In this document: in pieces, positions 27,889-38,214 of the stretch
How the letters are laid out: the number at the start of each line of letters is the position of its first letter
Position numbering within the stretch: position 1 is the first letter of the stretch
NCBI GenBank assembly: GCA_002011125.2
Contig: MTMF02000009.1
Span: 712,989 to 776,988 of the forward strand
DNA length: 64,000 nucleotides
Source: Candidatus Hydrothermarchaeum profundi
GTDB lineage: Archaea > Hydrothermarchaeota > Hydrothermarchaeia > Hydrothermarchaeales > Hydrothermarchaeaceae
Reading direction: 5' to 3'
The notes under the pieces: generated by a model
What the model was told of the DNA's origin: nothing
The model's database searches: none
The model's input: only the letters and a program-made list of their open reading frames with translations
Program-made: the position numbers and the translations under genes

Positions 27889-28842
27889 TCATAAGTATCT
27901 CCATTTAAATATTTTTCTCATTTTTTCAACTTCTTCTTTGACAATATTTTCTACATCCGGCACTGCGTTTTTTTCTATTTCCATATTTGCTAGTACAGCG
28001 GATCTTATACTACTTAGAAGTTTTACACCAGTTATCTTAGTTACTTCAGGGTCGACATTTCCAAAGGGGGAGACATCAGCAATTGTAATGTTACAGGGCT
28101 GTATAAGCATATCGGGTGTAAGTCTGTTATGAGACGCTAAAGTAGCGCATATCAATAGGTCAGCTTTTTCCACAGCTTTCATCAAATCTCTGTAGAGTAT
28201 GGATCTACCTCCCACTTCTGCCGCTGTAAGTTTAGCGATGTCAAAGTGCCTATGAGCAACTGCTATCTCTGCTCCAAGCTTTCTAATCTTTTTCGCAATC
28301 CTTCTCCCCAGTAGGCCCGCTCCTAGTAGTATGACTATTCTCCCTTCAAAAGTCTGGAATTCCTTTTGAATAGAGGATAACACTAATTTTTCGACAGTAG
28401 GACTTCCTCCAATATTAGTTTCATTCCACGCTCTCTGGGAGACTTTGAGAGCTCCTTTAAATAGAGATTTTAGGAAGGGGTGGAGGGTGGAATTCTTCTC
28501 TGCGCAGTCTAAGGAGCTTTTCACCAGCCGAGGGATATAGGTCTCACCATAAACCTTTGATTCGATCCCCCCTACTAGTCTCATTAAATGCTCCACAGCC
28601 TTTTCATCGTAGTATATAAGGAATTCCTTTCTTCTCTCGTTATATAACACTTCTAGGATATCATCGATCTCTTTTTCTTCTTCCACTAACGCGTAGACTT
28701 CAATCCTCGTACCACTTTGAAATAAAATTGTTTTCCCATCGCTAAAAAGCCTATAGAATTCTGCGGGATTCTTAAAATAAAATCCGAGAAAGTCGGCGTA
28801 AGGAATTTTAATGTGATGTAGAGATAAGCATACAAGACGCAT
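27889..28842 (-). CDS. Glutamyl-tRNA reductase-like protein, catalytic Cys absent and dimerisation domain missing
   Basis: AVEHLMRLVGGIESKVYGE, GAGLLG Rossmann motif; SGTRIE in place of TCNRxE. Confidence 0.75.
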   Translation of the reverse strand: MRLVCLSLHHIKIPYADFLGFYFKNPAEFYRLFSDGKTILFQSGTRIEVYALVEEEKEIDDILEVLYNERRKEFLIYYDEKAVEHLMRLVGGIESKVYGETYIPRLVKSSLDCAEKNSTLHPFLKSLFKGALKVSQRAWNETNIGGSPTVEKLVLSSIQKEFQTFEGRIVILLGAGLLGRRIAKKIRKLGAEIAVAHRHFDIAKLTAAEVGGRSILYRDLMKAVEKADLLICATLASHNRLTPDMLIQPCNITIADVSPFGNVDPEVTKITGVKLLSSIRSAVLANMEIEKNAVPDVENIVKEEVEKMRKIFKWRYL

Positions 28843-28973
28843 AATTTTTTACTCTTTCAAAACATTTTAAAATATATCGTAAGCCCAAAGTATGGTTGTG
28901 CAGGGGTATGCTCAAAAAAGTAGCATATATTGGATTATATATAACATAATCTTAATTACTCAAGGTAGGAGGT

Positions 28974-30134
28974 GTGAGAGTGTCGGATACTCCCCTTTTG
29001 GATGAGGCTGAGAAAGGTCCATGGCCGAGTCTTGTCACAGAGATAAAGAAAACGGGATTTAAAGGCCTACTCAAAATATATGAGCTGGCTTATGAGGATA
29101 AAGTAACTCACTGGACTCATGGAGGGATGGTAGGCTACCCCGGATATGATGCGGGGGTAATAGGCAGGCTTAGCGATCGGCATGACATTCTTAGAGATTG
29201 CCATACTATACGGATGATACAGCCAGCGGCTTGGTTTTACAGCACAAAAAAGTTGAGAAAGCTTGTTGAGATCTGGAATAAGTACTCATACGGCTTGATG
29301 AACTTTCATGGAGCGACCGGAGATTTTCAATTAATCGGCATAGAAACAGATAAAATAGAGCCTTTCTTCGATGAAGTCTCGAAGGAGCACTGGGATATAG
29401 GGGGCTCTGCCGGTGACTTTAGGACTGCAAGCTGTTGTATAGGTCCCGCTAGGTGTGAGATGGCCCTGATAGATACTTTGGATATCTATCAGACGCTGAT
29501 GAGTGACGAAGAGATATTGAATGATATGCATAGACCAAGGTTTCCATACAAATTCAAAGTAAAGATAGCTGGTTGTCCAACTGATTGCATTGCTGGTGTA
29601 GCTAGGGCAGACCTATTGGTCGTAGGAACATGGAGGGATAATATTAAGATAAACCAGGAGGAGGTAAGGAAATACGCTGAGAAGGGAGTAGATATTGGTT
29701 TAATAGCTTCGAAATGTCCTGGAAATGCTATGCAGTGGGATGGAGAGGAGCTTAAGATTGATAATGATAACTGCATGCGTTGTATGTTCTGCCTTCAAAA
29801 AATGTCTAAGGCTCTTAGACCTGGAGATGATAGGGGTGCTACCCTGGTTATGGGTGGTAGGGCTAGGGGGAGATATGGAGCCTTTTTAGGATGGGTTTTA
29901 ATGCCCTTTATCAAACTCGAAAAGCCCTATGAAGAGCTTAAAGACCTCATATACAAGCTCATTGACTGGTGGGATGAGAATGGCAGAACAAAGGAGAGGA
30001 TCGGCGAGACTATATACAGGTTGGGAGCAGGTAAGTTCTTAAAAGAGACTGGTTTGAAGCCGCATCCAGCGATGGTTCAAGCTCCTAGGAATAATCCTTT
30101 CTGGTTCTATTGGCCTGGAGAAGTAGAAGAGTGA
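28974..30134 (+). CDS. dsrA: Dissimilatory sulfite reductase alpha subunit
   Basis: TPLLDE..KGPWPS, THWTHGG, NFHGATGD, CIGPARC, FPYKFK..GCPTDC, CMRCMFC; likely start GTG 28980. Confidence 0.93.
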   Translation: MRVSDTPLLDEAEKGPWPSLVTEIKKTGFKGLLKIYELAYEDKVTHWTHGGMVGYPGYDAGVIGRLSDRHDILRDCHTIRMIQPAAWFYSTKKLRKLVEIWNKYSYGLMNFHGATGDFQLIGIETDKIEPFFDEVSKEHWDIGGSAGDFRTASCCIGPARCEMALIDTLDIYQTLMSDEEILNDMHRPRFPYKFKVKIAGCPTDCIAGVARADLLVVGTWRDNIKINQEEVRKYAEKGVDIGLIASKCPGNAMQWDGEELKIDNDNCMRCMFCLQKMSKALRPGDDRGATLVMGGRARGRYGAFLGWVLMPFIKLEKPYEELKDLIYKLIDWWDENGRTKERIGETIYRLGAGKFLKETGLKPHPAMVQAPRNNPFWFYWPGEVEE

Positions 30135-30145
30135 GGTGAGGAGAG

Positions 30146-31228
30146 ATGGCTTTAACTATGGATGAGCTTGACTTTGGACCGCCTGATTATAAGGAAATGC
30201 TACCGGAGACCCTTAAAAGGAACTATGGAAAGTGGATATACCACGAGCTAATAAAGCCGGGAGTATTTAAGCATGTTTCGAGTACTGGGGACGAGGTGTA
30301 CACGGTTAGGTCCGGGCAGCCTAAGTTTATAGCGTCTTCAACAGTTCTTAAGCTGTGTGACTTAGCTGACAAATACTGTGAGGGCTCTTTAAGGTTTACC
30401 AGCAAACATAGTATTGAGTGGATAGTACCGAAAAAAGATGATGTAGATAAGCTGATAGAAGAGTTAAAGAAACTCGGGTTACCGATAGGAGGAACAGGAA
30501 ACGCTATGCATAGTATTGTGCAGTGTACCGGCTGGGTGCACTGTCATACCCCTGCAACTGATGCTCCCGGAATCGCCAAGGCAGTTTATGATGAGTTAAT
30601 CTCTTACTTCCAGAGGGATGACTTGCCTGCTAGACTGAATATAGCTGTCTCTGGGTGTTTGAATATGTGTGGCGCTATTCACTGCTCGGATATAGCGGTT
30701 CTCGGCGTACATAGGCGTCCGCCAAAGGTGAATGATGAGGTAGTATCAAAAGCATGTGAGATTCCTACTATGATAGCTTCGTGTCCTACCTACGCTATCA
30801 AGCCCAATCCAAAGGCGAAAAGCATTAGGATTGATGCTAATAAATGCATGTATTGTGGAATCTGCTATAGTATTTGCCCGGGGGTACCTATTGCAGATGC
30901 GAAGAACGATGGAGTTTCTATTTGGGTAGGTGGGAAGGTATCTAATACTCGAAGTGGTCCAGCGTTTTCACGTTTAGCGGTTCCTTATCTGCCGAATAAT
31001 CCTCCTAGGTGGCCGGAGGTAGTGGAGGTAGTAAAGAAGATAGTGGAGACATGGGCGAGTGAAGCTAAGCCTCATGAGAGAATGGGCGAGTGGATTTCAA
31101 GGATAGGATGGCCTGCTTTCTTCGATAAGACGGGTCTAGAGTTTACGGATAAACACATTGATGACTATATCTTTTCTATTAGAGATATGAGAGTTGGTGC
31201 TAGGATAAGGGGACGTGAGATGAAGTGA
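30146..31228 (+). CDS. dsrB: Dissimilatory sulfite reductase beta subunit
   Basis: GPP..NYGKW, GWVHCHTPATD, CLNMCGAIHCSD, CEIP..CPT, CMYCGIC, PNNPPRWPE. Confidence 0.93.
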   Translation: MALTMDELDFGPPDYKEMLPETLKRNYGKWIYHELIKPGVFKHVSSTGDEVYTVRSGQPKFIASSTVLKLCDLADKYCEGSLRFTSKHSIEWIVPKKDDVDKLIEELKKLGLPIGGTGNAMHSIVQCTGWVHCHTPATDAPGIAKAVYDELISYFQRDDLPARLNIAVSGCLNMCGAIHCSDIAVLGVHRRPPKVNDEVVSKACEIPTMIASCPTYAIKPNPKAKSIRIDANKCMYCGICYSICPGVPIADAKNDGVSIWVGGKVSNTRSGPAFSRLAVPYLPNNPPRWPEVVEVVKKIVETWASEAKPHERMGEWISRIGWPAFFDKTGLEFTDKHIDDYIFSIRDMRVGARIRGREMK

Positions 31229-31272
31229 GGGTAGGGCAATAATATTTTATCAAGTATTATTGACTATCGTAT

Positions 31273-31860
31273 ATGCTTGTTAAGATCGGTGGGAGCCTGT
31301 TAGAATATTCAAGGGAAATCTTGAAGATACTAAAGAAATATGATCCCGTAATAGTTCCGGGAGGAGGGGTATTTGCAGAGTTAGTTAGGAGGATATATTC
31401 GGGTTATGGTATCTCTGAAAAGGCTGCTCACCGTATGGCTATTTTAGCCATGGAACAATATGGACTTTTTCTATCAGATATCTCAGGTATTCCCTCAAGC
31501 TATGAGTTAGGAAATAGTCGCCCTTTTATCTTTTTACCCTCAAGGCTACTGGAAGAAGAACCTCTTAAAGCCTCTTGGGATGTAACTTCGGATACGATAG
31601 CCTGTCATGTAGCCAAGCTTTTGGGGGAAAGGATCTTCATCAAATTAACGGATGTTGATGGGGTACTTGTCCGAGGAAGGTATGTTAAGGAGATATCAGC
31701 CACAGAGCTTCTTAAAATTGGAACTACCTGCGTAGATAAAGAGTTGCCGAAGTATCTTATGAAATACGGTATAAATTGTTGGGTGGTAAACGGCAAAAGG
31801 CTGGAGAATGTGGATAGGGCGATGAGAGGCAACATAAAAGGTACATTGATTTCTCATTGA
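31273..31860 (+). CDS. Amino-acid kinase family protein (MfnE-like, methanofuran biosynthesis)
   Basis: VKIGGSL, PGGGVFA, AHRMAILAMEQYG, SWDVTSD, TDVDG. Confidence 0.8.
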   Translation: MLVKIGGSLLEYSREILKILKKYDPVIVPGGGVFAELVRRIYSGYGISEKAAHRMAILAMEQYGLFLSDISGIPSSYELGNSRPFIFLPSRLLEEEPLKASWDVTSDTIACHVAKLLGERIFIKLTDVDGVLVRGRYVKEISATELLKIGTTCVDKELPKYLMKYGINCWVVNGKRLENVDRAMRGNIKGTLISH

Positions 31861-32178
31861 GCACTATGTTTACTTTTGTTTAATAAGGATTTTTATAAGG
31901 TATTTTAGCGTGTAATGTTTAAACATTCATTTTTTGAATAGAATGATGCATAAATGTAACCAAAAACATATATAAGGCCTTATCTATAGTAGTGGGAGAA
32001 TAGGAGTGAGTTAGAAGGAGGTTAAGGCTAAATTGGGGATTATTAAATATTTTTTTAAGAAACCCTTTTATATGAGTGCTTTTTTTGGTATGGGGATAAG
32101 AAATGTTGGGGCAATTAACAAATAGCGTAACAATATGCAAATATGATTTAGTTAATTTTAAACAGAGGAGGTAGGAAG

Positions 32179-35100
32179 GTGAAATTTAGTTTTTGGAAGC
32201 TATTTTTCATGTTTTCTGTGTTACTTGTTGGGATGTCAAACGTCTATGCTGCTGAGTATGCTATTTTCGCAAGTTTAGATTCTCATAAATACTTGCCGGG
32301 GGAATATGTAAATTTAACTGGTGAAATCTATAGCGGTACTACGTTAGCCTCGGATGTTAACGTAGGGGTTAGTATTTACTTTGGGGAGTCTATTGTTTCT
32401 TCTGACTCAGCTAAAACAGATTCTTCTGGCTCTTTTAGTTTCACTTTTACCGATGCCACAGCTAATAAGGGTGATTATACTGTAAACATAACGGTTGGCT
32501 CCTCCTCTGTGGTGATACCCTATACTGTTAGTTCAGCTGAAAACTTTATGCTTATCCTTGTAAATGAAACTATACCGGTCTCTCTTGCTCCTTTCTCTCT
32601 GAATGATGTTAATTCAGGTAATATCGTGTTTGTAGACTCCTCGATTGACATCAGTAGCGCGGTAGCAAAGAATTTCACTTATAATAATACCGAGTACTGG
32701 GTTCTTTTACCTAGAGCTTCAAGCGGAAAGTACGAAGAGGCGTTTATTGATGATGATGCGAACTTCTCTTTAAGTAGCGATAGCAGCGGTAGCCCGGTTA
32801 TAAAGTACTTGAAAGAAGGCTCTAAGGTAAAATTGAGCGATAAGAACTTTATAATAGCATATATTGATCCATTTGGCTCTGAAATAATATTTGCGGAGGA
32901 TATCCCTGCTAGGTTCTCTGGAGGGGAAGACGCAAAACTTTTATGCATTGCAACAAATGCATCCGGCGGGCCTGTTAGCGATGAAAATCTCACTCTTAAG
33001 AAGTTCTATGATAACGGAACTATAATAAAGAATTATGGGGTTATAGGAGTTTCAAATAGTGGTGGCTACTATATTTATAGCATATCTGTGGATACAGATG
33101 GGGGAAGAAAACATTATATACTCAACGATGCAGGCCATGCTTCGTATGAAGTATCTACATACACTCTTAATGTCCTCATAACAGATAGTGAGGGTAACCC
33201 GGCTTATGTAGTTAAACCTGGTCAAGACCTAAACATTACCGTAAGCATTCTTGACTCTTCTAACCAGCCTATATCAAATACTTGGGTGAATGTTTCTATC
33301 ACCGGAACAGAATACAATAGTAGGTTTAGCATGAACCTGCCAAATGGGACCATTACCCAAACAATTTCAGCTCCAACTAAGCCTGGGTCCTACACCCTTG
33401 AGTTTATTTCAAACTATAATGGCGAGAAAAAGAAGATAATCAATAAAATCGTAGTTAAACAATACAATCTATTTATAGCTCCTCTAGCAAAGGGTAAGGG
33501 TGCTTCTCAGGGATTTGCTCCAGGCGAGTATGGAGCAATTTTTGTTGCAGCTACAGACTTATCTACCGGCGATTTTCTGAATCTCTCAGATTTAACTGGT
33601 GATGGGGTCAATGTTTCTCTGGAAGGATTTTATGATTCATCTGGAAACAACAAGTTCACAGGTGACACGGTTCTCTCGGATACGACAGAAGCGAATGTAT
33701 CCCAGATAATTGCAAATGGAAATGCAGCAGTGATGAATATAAGCGGATTCTTCCATTTCCTTACAGATACCGGAGAGATCATGCCTGAGGAAGAACAGAC
33801 TTGGCTGGAGGAAAAATTCGGCGAAAAGGCGATTGTCATAATCTTCCAGGCTCCATTTGAGGAGGATACCTACAAAGTAAAAGTTAGTGCAATAATAGAA
33901 GGAACTGATCAATACGCCTTCAATACGATAGGAGTCCAGAGGATATTCGTATGGGGCGAGCCAGTAGATGCGGAGAGCAAGAGCTTTACGTGGGGAATAA
34001 GTCCCGGTAGCGATATTTGCTTAAATATAAGAGGATATGATCCGGGTAAAGGACCTATTGATGGAAGTAAGATAAATGATGCTACACTGATAGAGGTTAT
34101 AGCTGAGAGCGGAGCTAGTGTAACAAGTTCTATGGTGAATGAGAATTTCACCAAGGAAGAAAACAATGCATATCTTTGCTTCACAGTAAACGATAGCGAG
34201 ATGGGTGGTCATTTTGTTAGGTTCAGAGTAAACGCTACGGTAGAGAAGTGGAATGGAACAGAGTATGTTCAAAACTATACGACGGCGATCGGAGACGGAT
34301 GGTTCCAAGAAAAACTATACCAAGTATGGGCATATCCCTATGTAGAAGGCTCTGAGACGGACGGCGGTAGAAAGGCCGTGTTTGGTTCTAATAGCAATAT
34401 CATCTTGAGGGTAGAAGTTAGGAATGCTCAGGGTGGTCAACTGGGCCAAACGCAAGCAGAGGGTATAACGGTTTCTCTGGTAGAGGTTAGAAATGATAGG
34501 ACTTGGCAGACCGTTGATGCTACTGCATCGTCTACGACAACAGATTCAAATGGCACAGCAACACTTAATATAAGTAAGACTAGTGGGTCTTGGAGTAGTG
34601 GGGGCTATGTTGTTAAGGTAAAAATCGTAGATACTAATGACCAAACCGATTATGGTTATGGTTGGTTTGAAATAAGAAACTTCAATTTCTGGGCTTGGAC
34701 AAATAATTGGGAGGTCTCTCTCAATAAGGATATAAGCGTCACATTAGAAACAAAAGAATTTAATTTCACTGGTATTTCTGCTACTATCACAGCTGAGAGA
34801 CTCATGTATATGGGCACTTTCGACAAGTGGCAGCCTCCAGTATTGGTGAATGATTCACTAGGAGTAACAGGGCAGACGGATTCTAGCGGCTCTGGTAGCT
34901 TAACTATACCTGCAGGTACTTTGAAAGAGGAGGGCCAGTATATGCTTACCTTAAAAGCTACAACTACAGATGGCAGGACGGATAATACCGATGTCTGGTT
35001 CTATGCGAAGTCATTTGTTCTTGACGTGAGAGATGAAAATCAAGATACTTGGCCTCCCCGGTATGGGTTAACGGATATAGCTAATATAACTGTGAGAGGA

Positions 35101-38100
35101 TATGAGGACTATGATTTCTGGAGTGGAAGCGGAGGGACACCGCATAATTTGAGTTCTGCATGGGTTAAGTCTGTTAGAAAGTTTGGAGGCATGTTTGAAG
35201 AAGAGGTCATGGACAGGAAAGACCTTGAAAATAATAATGACATGAAGGCACAGTGCTCTGGAAACACCTGCTATTTAACATTCAATATGACTAACTTTAG
35301 ACAGGGAGAGTATATCCTTTCAATTGCTGCGAACGACTCCAATGGGAGAACAGCCACCTTAGACTGGTTTAACATCCGAGTAGAGAGGCTCTCGATCTCC
35401 TTACCGGATCTTATGAGGAAGAGGGTTCAGGAATCCAATAAGTTGTATAGAAAAGTAAACTTCTCACTGATGGCTGATGGATCATCGGTTCCCAGACCAA
35501 GTGGGATAACCTCAACTTCTAAATATGATGCGATAAAAGTACTAGATGTTGTCAATAATAGTTTTGAATACTACCCATACCCAGAAACGCATTTCCTGCT
35601 TGTATATAAAGACGCTAACACTGGTACCCCAGCACTCTATGTTAATACCACTGGAAATAACTTCACTAATGCTCCAAAGTATTACGAAGGAGATGTTTTC
35701 ACTGATGCATACGGTTTTAGATGGAATATCACTAAACTGGATGCTACTAACTCGGAAGAAGGGAAAGTTACTCTAAAATCTATTGACGGTGTTGTCGCAA
35801 CACGAGATGAGTGGAGTCAAGAAAAATTTCTTATCCAGATAAACTTATCCTTATCAAAATCAGGGATCTTTCTCAGAGGAGAAAATCTGTGGGACGATGA
35901 GTGGAGAAATATAGATCTGAACGGCGATGGAGATTACGATTATAACGATCAATACCTAGTTATCCTAGCGGATACACAAGAAGCAGGTAAGTATGACCGT
36001 GTTTACATATCGAATACTACGAACTTCACTAGAGATGGGATAGATGCGAGCAGTGGTTCTCCTATTACTTTCGGCAGTAATATGCCAATATATCTCGTTA
36101 ACTTAAGATACTATGCTAGTCTCTCAGGAGCTACAAACTATTATGAGGTTTCGTTTACATCTAATACCCCAAGCTGGTGGGGTGTAGACCTTGGAACTTT
36201 CAGGCCTGGGAGTATAATTAGAGTACCTGTCATGATTACTGCTCCAGGGAATAAATCACAGTTTATAAATGCAACTGTGAGGGTGGATAATCTTATCGCT
36301 TTTGACTTTAGCGGACCATTTGGCGGAATTAAAAAGATCCCATTAGATAATCCTGCTATCAACTCCACGAACTGGTCAGGCAAGCCAGGTATTTTGGTAT
36401 TGGATATAAATACAAGCGGGATAAAGAATGGGGAATATAGGATACCTTTAAAAGTACAGGAGTTTGGGGCTACTGATTGGGTAGTTATTGACGATATCTG
36501 GCAGTATCCTGTTGTACAGCTTAGGACTTTCATCGTTAATGGAAAAATAGGTGACCATGGACGAATAACCAACTTGAGAGAATGGAGCGTAAAGGCAGGA
36601 AACCTTAGAATAGAGAACGCAGATATGGTGCCAAAGAGCGGTACACTTGGAATGGAGCATATGGGCTGGGCTGGTTTACCAGATATGTTTCATGTGTGGG
36701 ATTGGGAGTTCAGAGATATATGGTACAATTCGACAAATGGCTCGATTTATATCGATAACACGCCAGGTGATAGTGATATCTCAGACGGCAATTATACACA
36801 CGTAAATTATACTACTCAGTCTATCCATGGGATGAATGTTAAGAACATCTCTGTTGGACCAGTTAATGTTACTATATCACTTAATAATGGAAGTGGAAGC
36901 ACAGAGTTCTGGAACTTTAACTTCACAATAACAAACGCTGATCCTTCAACTGGTACAGCTACTGTGACCATTATTAACCTGCAGTACAACTTCAGAGAGG
37001 CGAATAATGAACTGACATCTGTCGGAGAAAACATTGGATATACGGACTTCCGCCTGATTGATGTCACTAGTAGTAGCGCTGTAATCGAGTGGAATAGGCC
37101 GGTTATCGTGCTTGATTCTCCATGGGAAGTTGTGACAGAGGGAGAAGCGATAATAAGAAAATTAGAATTAAATGATACTCATACTCTGCTCATATACAAT
37201 TCTCCAGACACTAAGACAGCTGAGGATCTCCAGGGTTGGTATGGAACGATGGATACGGTGGCTATTGGAAGAAACATTGATGGAAAAATATTGAAAACCT
37301 ACTCTATAGGCGAGCCCATACCCGAGTTGAATGACAATTGGAATTTAATAGGTAGCTGGGCGGTAATTCAAGCTAGGCCTTGGGAAGATAAAGTGTATTT
37401 GTCGAATTTAACGATTAATTCTAGGAATGTTTATCCACTTCCGTGGGTGGCTGATGACTACTATACTTTCTACTTCGCAAACTTCACGGAAAGCAGCGTA
37501 AAGTCGATAGTTAACTGGTATCTCGCAAGCCTTCGATCAACAGATGGCCCACCGCAGCTTGATAATACTACGCAATATTATGCTTTATTCTTTGATGGAA
37601 CCTGGGATGGCGTAGGTGAGATAACCAATGCCATCGTGGACGATGATACTATACTTGATGAGCAGTGGGTTGACCTTGGAGGTGATTGGGCTCCTTACGA
37701 CTTCGACCAAGTAGAGCTTGGTAACTCTGATGGATATATGAACTTTTCAGAACGGTGGCATATGATTGGGGAAGAATGGGGCGAGCCTCAGATGGTGAGT
37801 ATAGATTTGGATAATAAGGTAGTAGATACTTTCAGCGAGAAATGGGATATAGAGAGCGGTACAAACGTTACTTTATGGGTTACAGCTAAGGATCTCTATG
37901 GTAAACCAATCAATGGAACAGTAAGTATCAAAGAAGTTATACATAGATACTGGGATTATTCGGGCCCAGTTGAGGAGAAGTTAAATCAAACTGCTAGTGC
38001 ACCCATAATAAAAGGCGTTGGGTATCTCACGCTAGACTTTACAAACGCAAGTTGGGGCGACTATTCCTATACATTCCTTATCCAAGATAATGAGGGTAAT

Positions 38101-38214
38101 AAAGAAACACTGAAGAGGGGTATATTTGTCATGTCAGAAGAGGAAATGTTTGGACCAGCACCTGGAGAATGTCCGCCAGATGATCCAACTTGCGGTGGAG
38201 GAGGTGAATTCTAA
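32179..38214 (+). CDS. 2011-aa secreted surface glycoprotein (multi Ig/MG2-like beta domains; S-layer/adhesin candidate)
   Basis: Signal peptide, strong RBS, numerous N-x-S/T sequons, beta-rich composition, DxNGDG motif. Confidence 0.8.
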   Translation: MKFSFWKLFFMFSVLLVGMSNVYAAEYAIFASLDSHKYLPGEYVNLTGEIYSGTTLASDVNVGVSIYFGESIVSSDSAKTDSSGSFSFTFTDATANKGDYTVNITVGSSSVVIPYTVSSAENFMLILVNETIPVSLAPFSLNDVNSGNIVFVDSSIDISSAVAKNFTYNNTEYWVLLPRASSGKYEEAFIDDDANFSLSSDSSGSPVIKYLKEGSKVKLSDKNFIIAYIDPFGSEIIFAEDIPARFSGGEDAKLLCIATNASGGPVSDENLTLKKFYDNGTIIKNYGVIGVSNSGGYYIYSISVDTDGGRKHYILNDAGHASYEVSTYTLNVLITDSEGNPAYVVKPGQDLNITVSILDSSNQPISNTWVNVSITGTEYNSRFSMNLPNGTITQTISAPTKPGSYTLEFISNYNGEKKKIINKIVVKQYNLFIAPLAKGKGASQGFAPGEYGAIFVAATDLSTGDFLNLSDLTGDGVNVSLEGFYDSSGNNKFTGDTVLSDTTEANVSQIIANGNAAVMNISGFFHFLTDTGEIMPEEEQTWLEEKFGEKAIVIIFQAPFEEDTYKVKVSAIIEGTDQYAFNTIGVQRIFVWGEPVDAESKSFTWGISPGSDICLNIRGYDPGKGPIDGSKINDATLIEVIAESGASVTSSMVNENFTKEENNAYLCFTVNDSEMGGHFVRFRVNATVEKWNGTEYVQNYTTAIGDGWFQEKLYQVWAYPYVEGSETDGGRKAVFGSNSNIILRVEVRNAQGGQLGQTQAEGITVSLVEVRNDRTWQTVDATASSTTTDSNGTATLNISKTSGSWSSGGYVVKVKIVDTNDQTDYGYGWFEIRNFNFWAWTNNWEVSLNKDISVTLETKEFNFTGISATITAERLMYMGTFDKWQPPVLVNDSLGVTGQTDSSGSGSLTIPAGTLKEEGQYMLTLKATTTDGRTDNTDVWFYAKSFVLDVRDENQDTWPPRYGLTDIANITVRGYEDYDFWSGSGGTPHNLSSAWVKSVRKFGGMFEEEVMDRKDLENNNDMKAQCSGNTCYLTFNMTNFRQGEYILSIAANDSNGRTATLDWFNIRVERLSISLPDLMRKRVQESNKLYRKVNFSLMADGSSVPRPSGITSTSKYDAIKVLDVVNNSFEYYPYPETHFLLVYKDANTGTPALYVNTTGNNFTNAPKYYEGDVFTDAYGFRWNITKLDATNSEEGKVTLKSIDGVVATRDEWSQEKFLIQINLSLSKSGIFLRGENLWDDEWRNIDLNGDGDYDYNDQYLVILADTQEAGKYDRVYISNTTNFTRDGIDASSGSPITFGSNMPIYLVNLRYYASLSGATNYYEVSFTSNTPSWWGVDLGTFRPGSIIRVPVMITAPGNKSQFINATVRVDNLIAFDFSGPFGGIKKIPLDNPAINSTNWSGKPGILVLDINTSGIKNGEYRIPLKVQEFGATDWVVIDDIWQYPVVQLRTFIVNGKIGDHGRITNLREWSVKAGNLRIENADMVPKSGTLGMEHMGWAGLPDMFHVWDWEFRDIWYNSTNGSIYIDNTPGDSDISDGNYTHVNYTTQSIHGMNVKNISVGPVNVTISLNNGSGSTEFWNFNFTITNADPSTGTATVTIINLQYNFREANNELTSVGENIGYTDFRLIDVTSSSAVIEWNRPVIVLDSPWEVVTEGEAIIRKLELNDTHTLLIYNSPDTKTAEDLQGWYGTMDTVAIGRNIDGKILKTYSIGEPIPELNDNWNLIGSWAVIQARPWEDKVYLSNLTINSRNVYPLPWVADDYYTFYFANFTESSVKSIVNWYLASLRSTDGPPQLDNTTQYYALFFDGTWDGVGEITNAIVDDDTILDEQWVDLGGDWAPYDFDQVELGNSDGYMNFSERWHMIGEEWGEPQMVSIDLDNKVVDTFSEKWDIESGTNVTLWVTAKDLYGKPINGTVSIKEVIHRYWDYSGPVEEKLNQTASAPIIKGVGYLTLDFTNASWGDYSYTFLIQDNEGNKETLKRGIFVMSEEEMFGPAPGECPPDDPTCGGGGEF

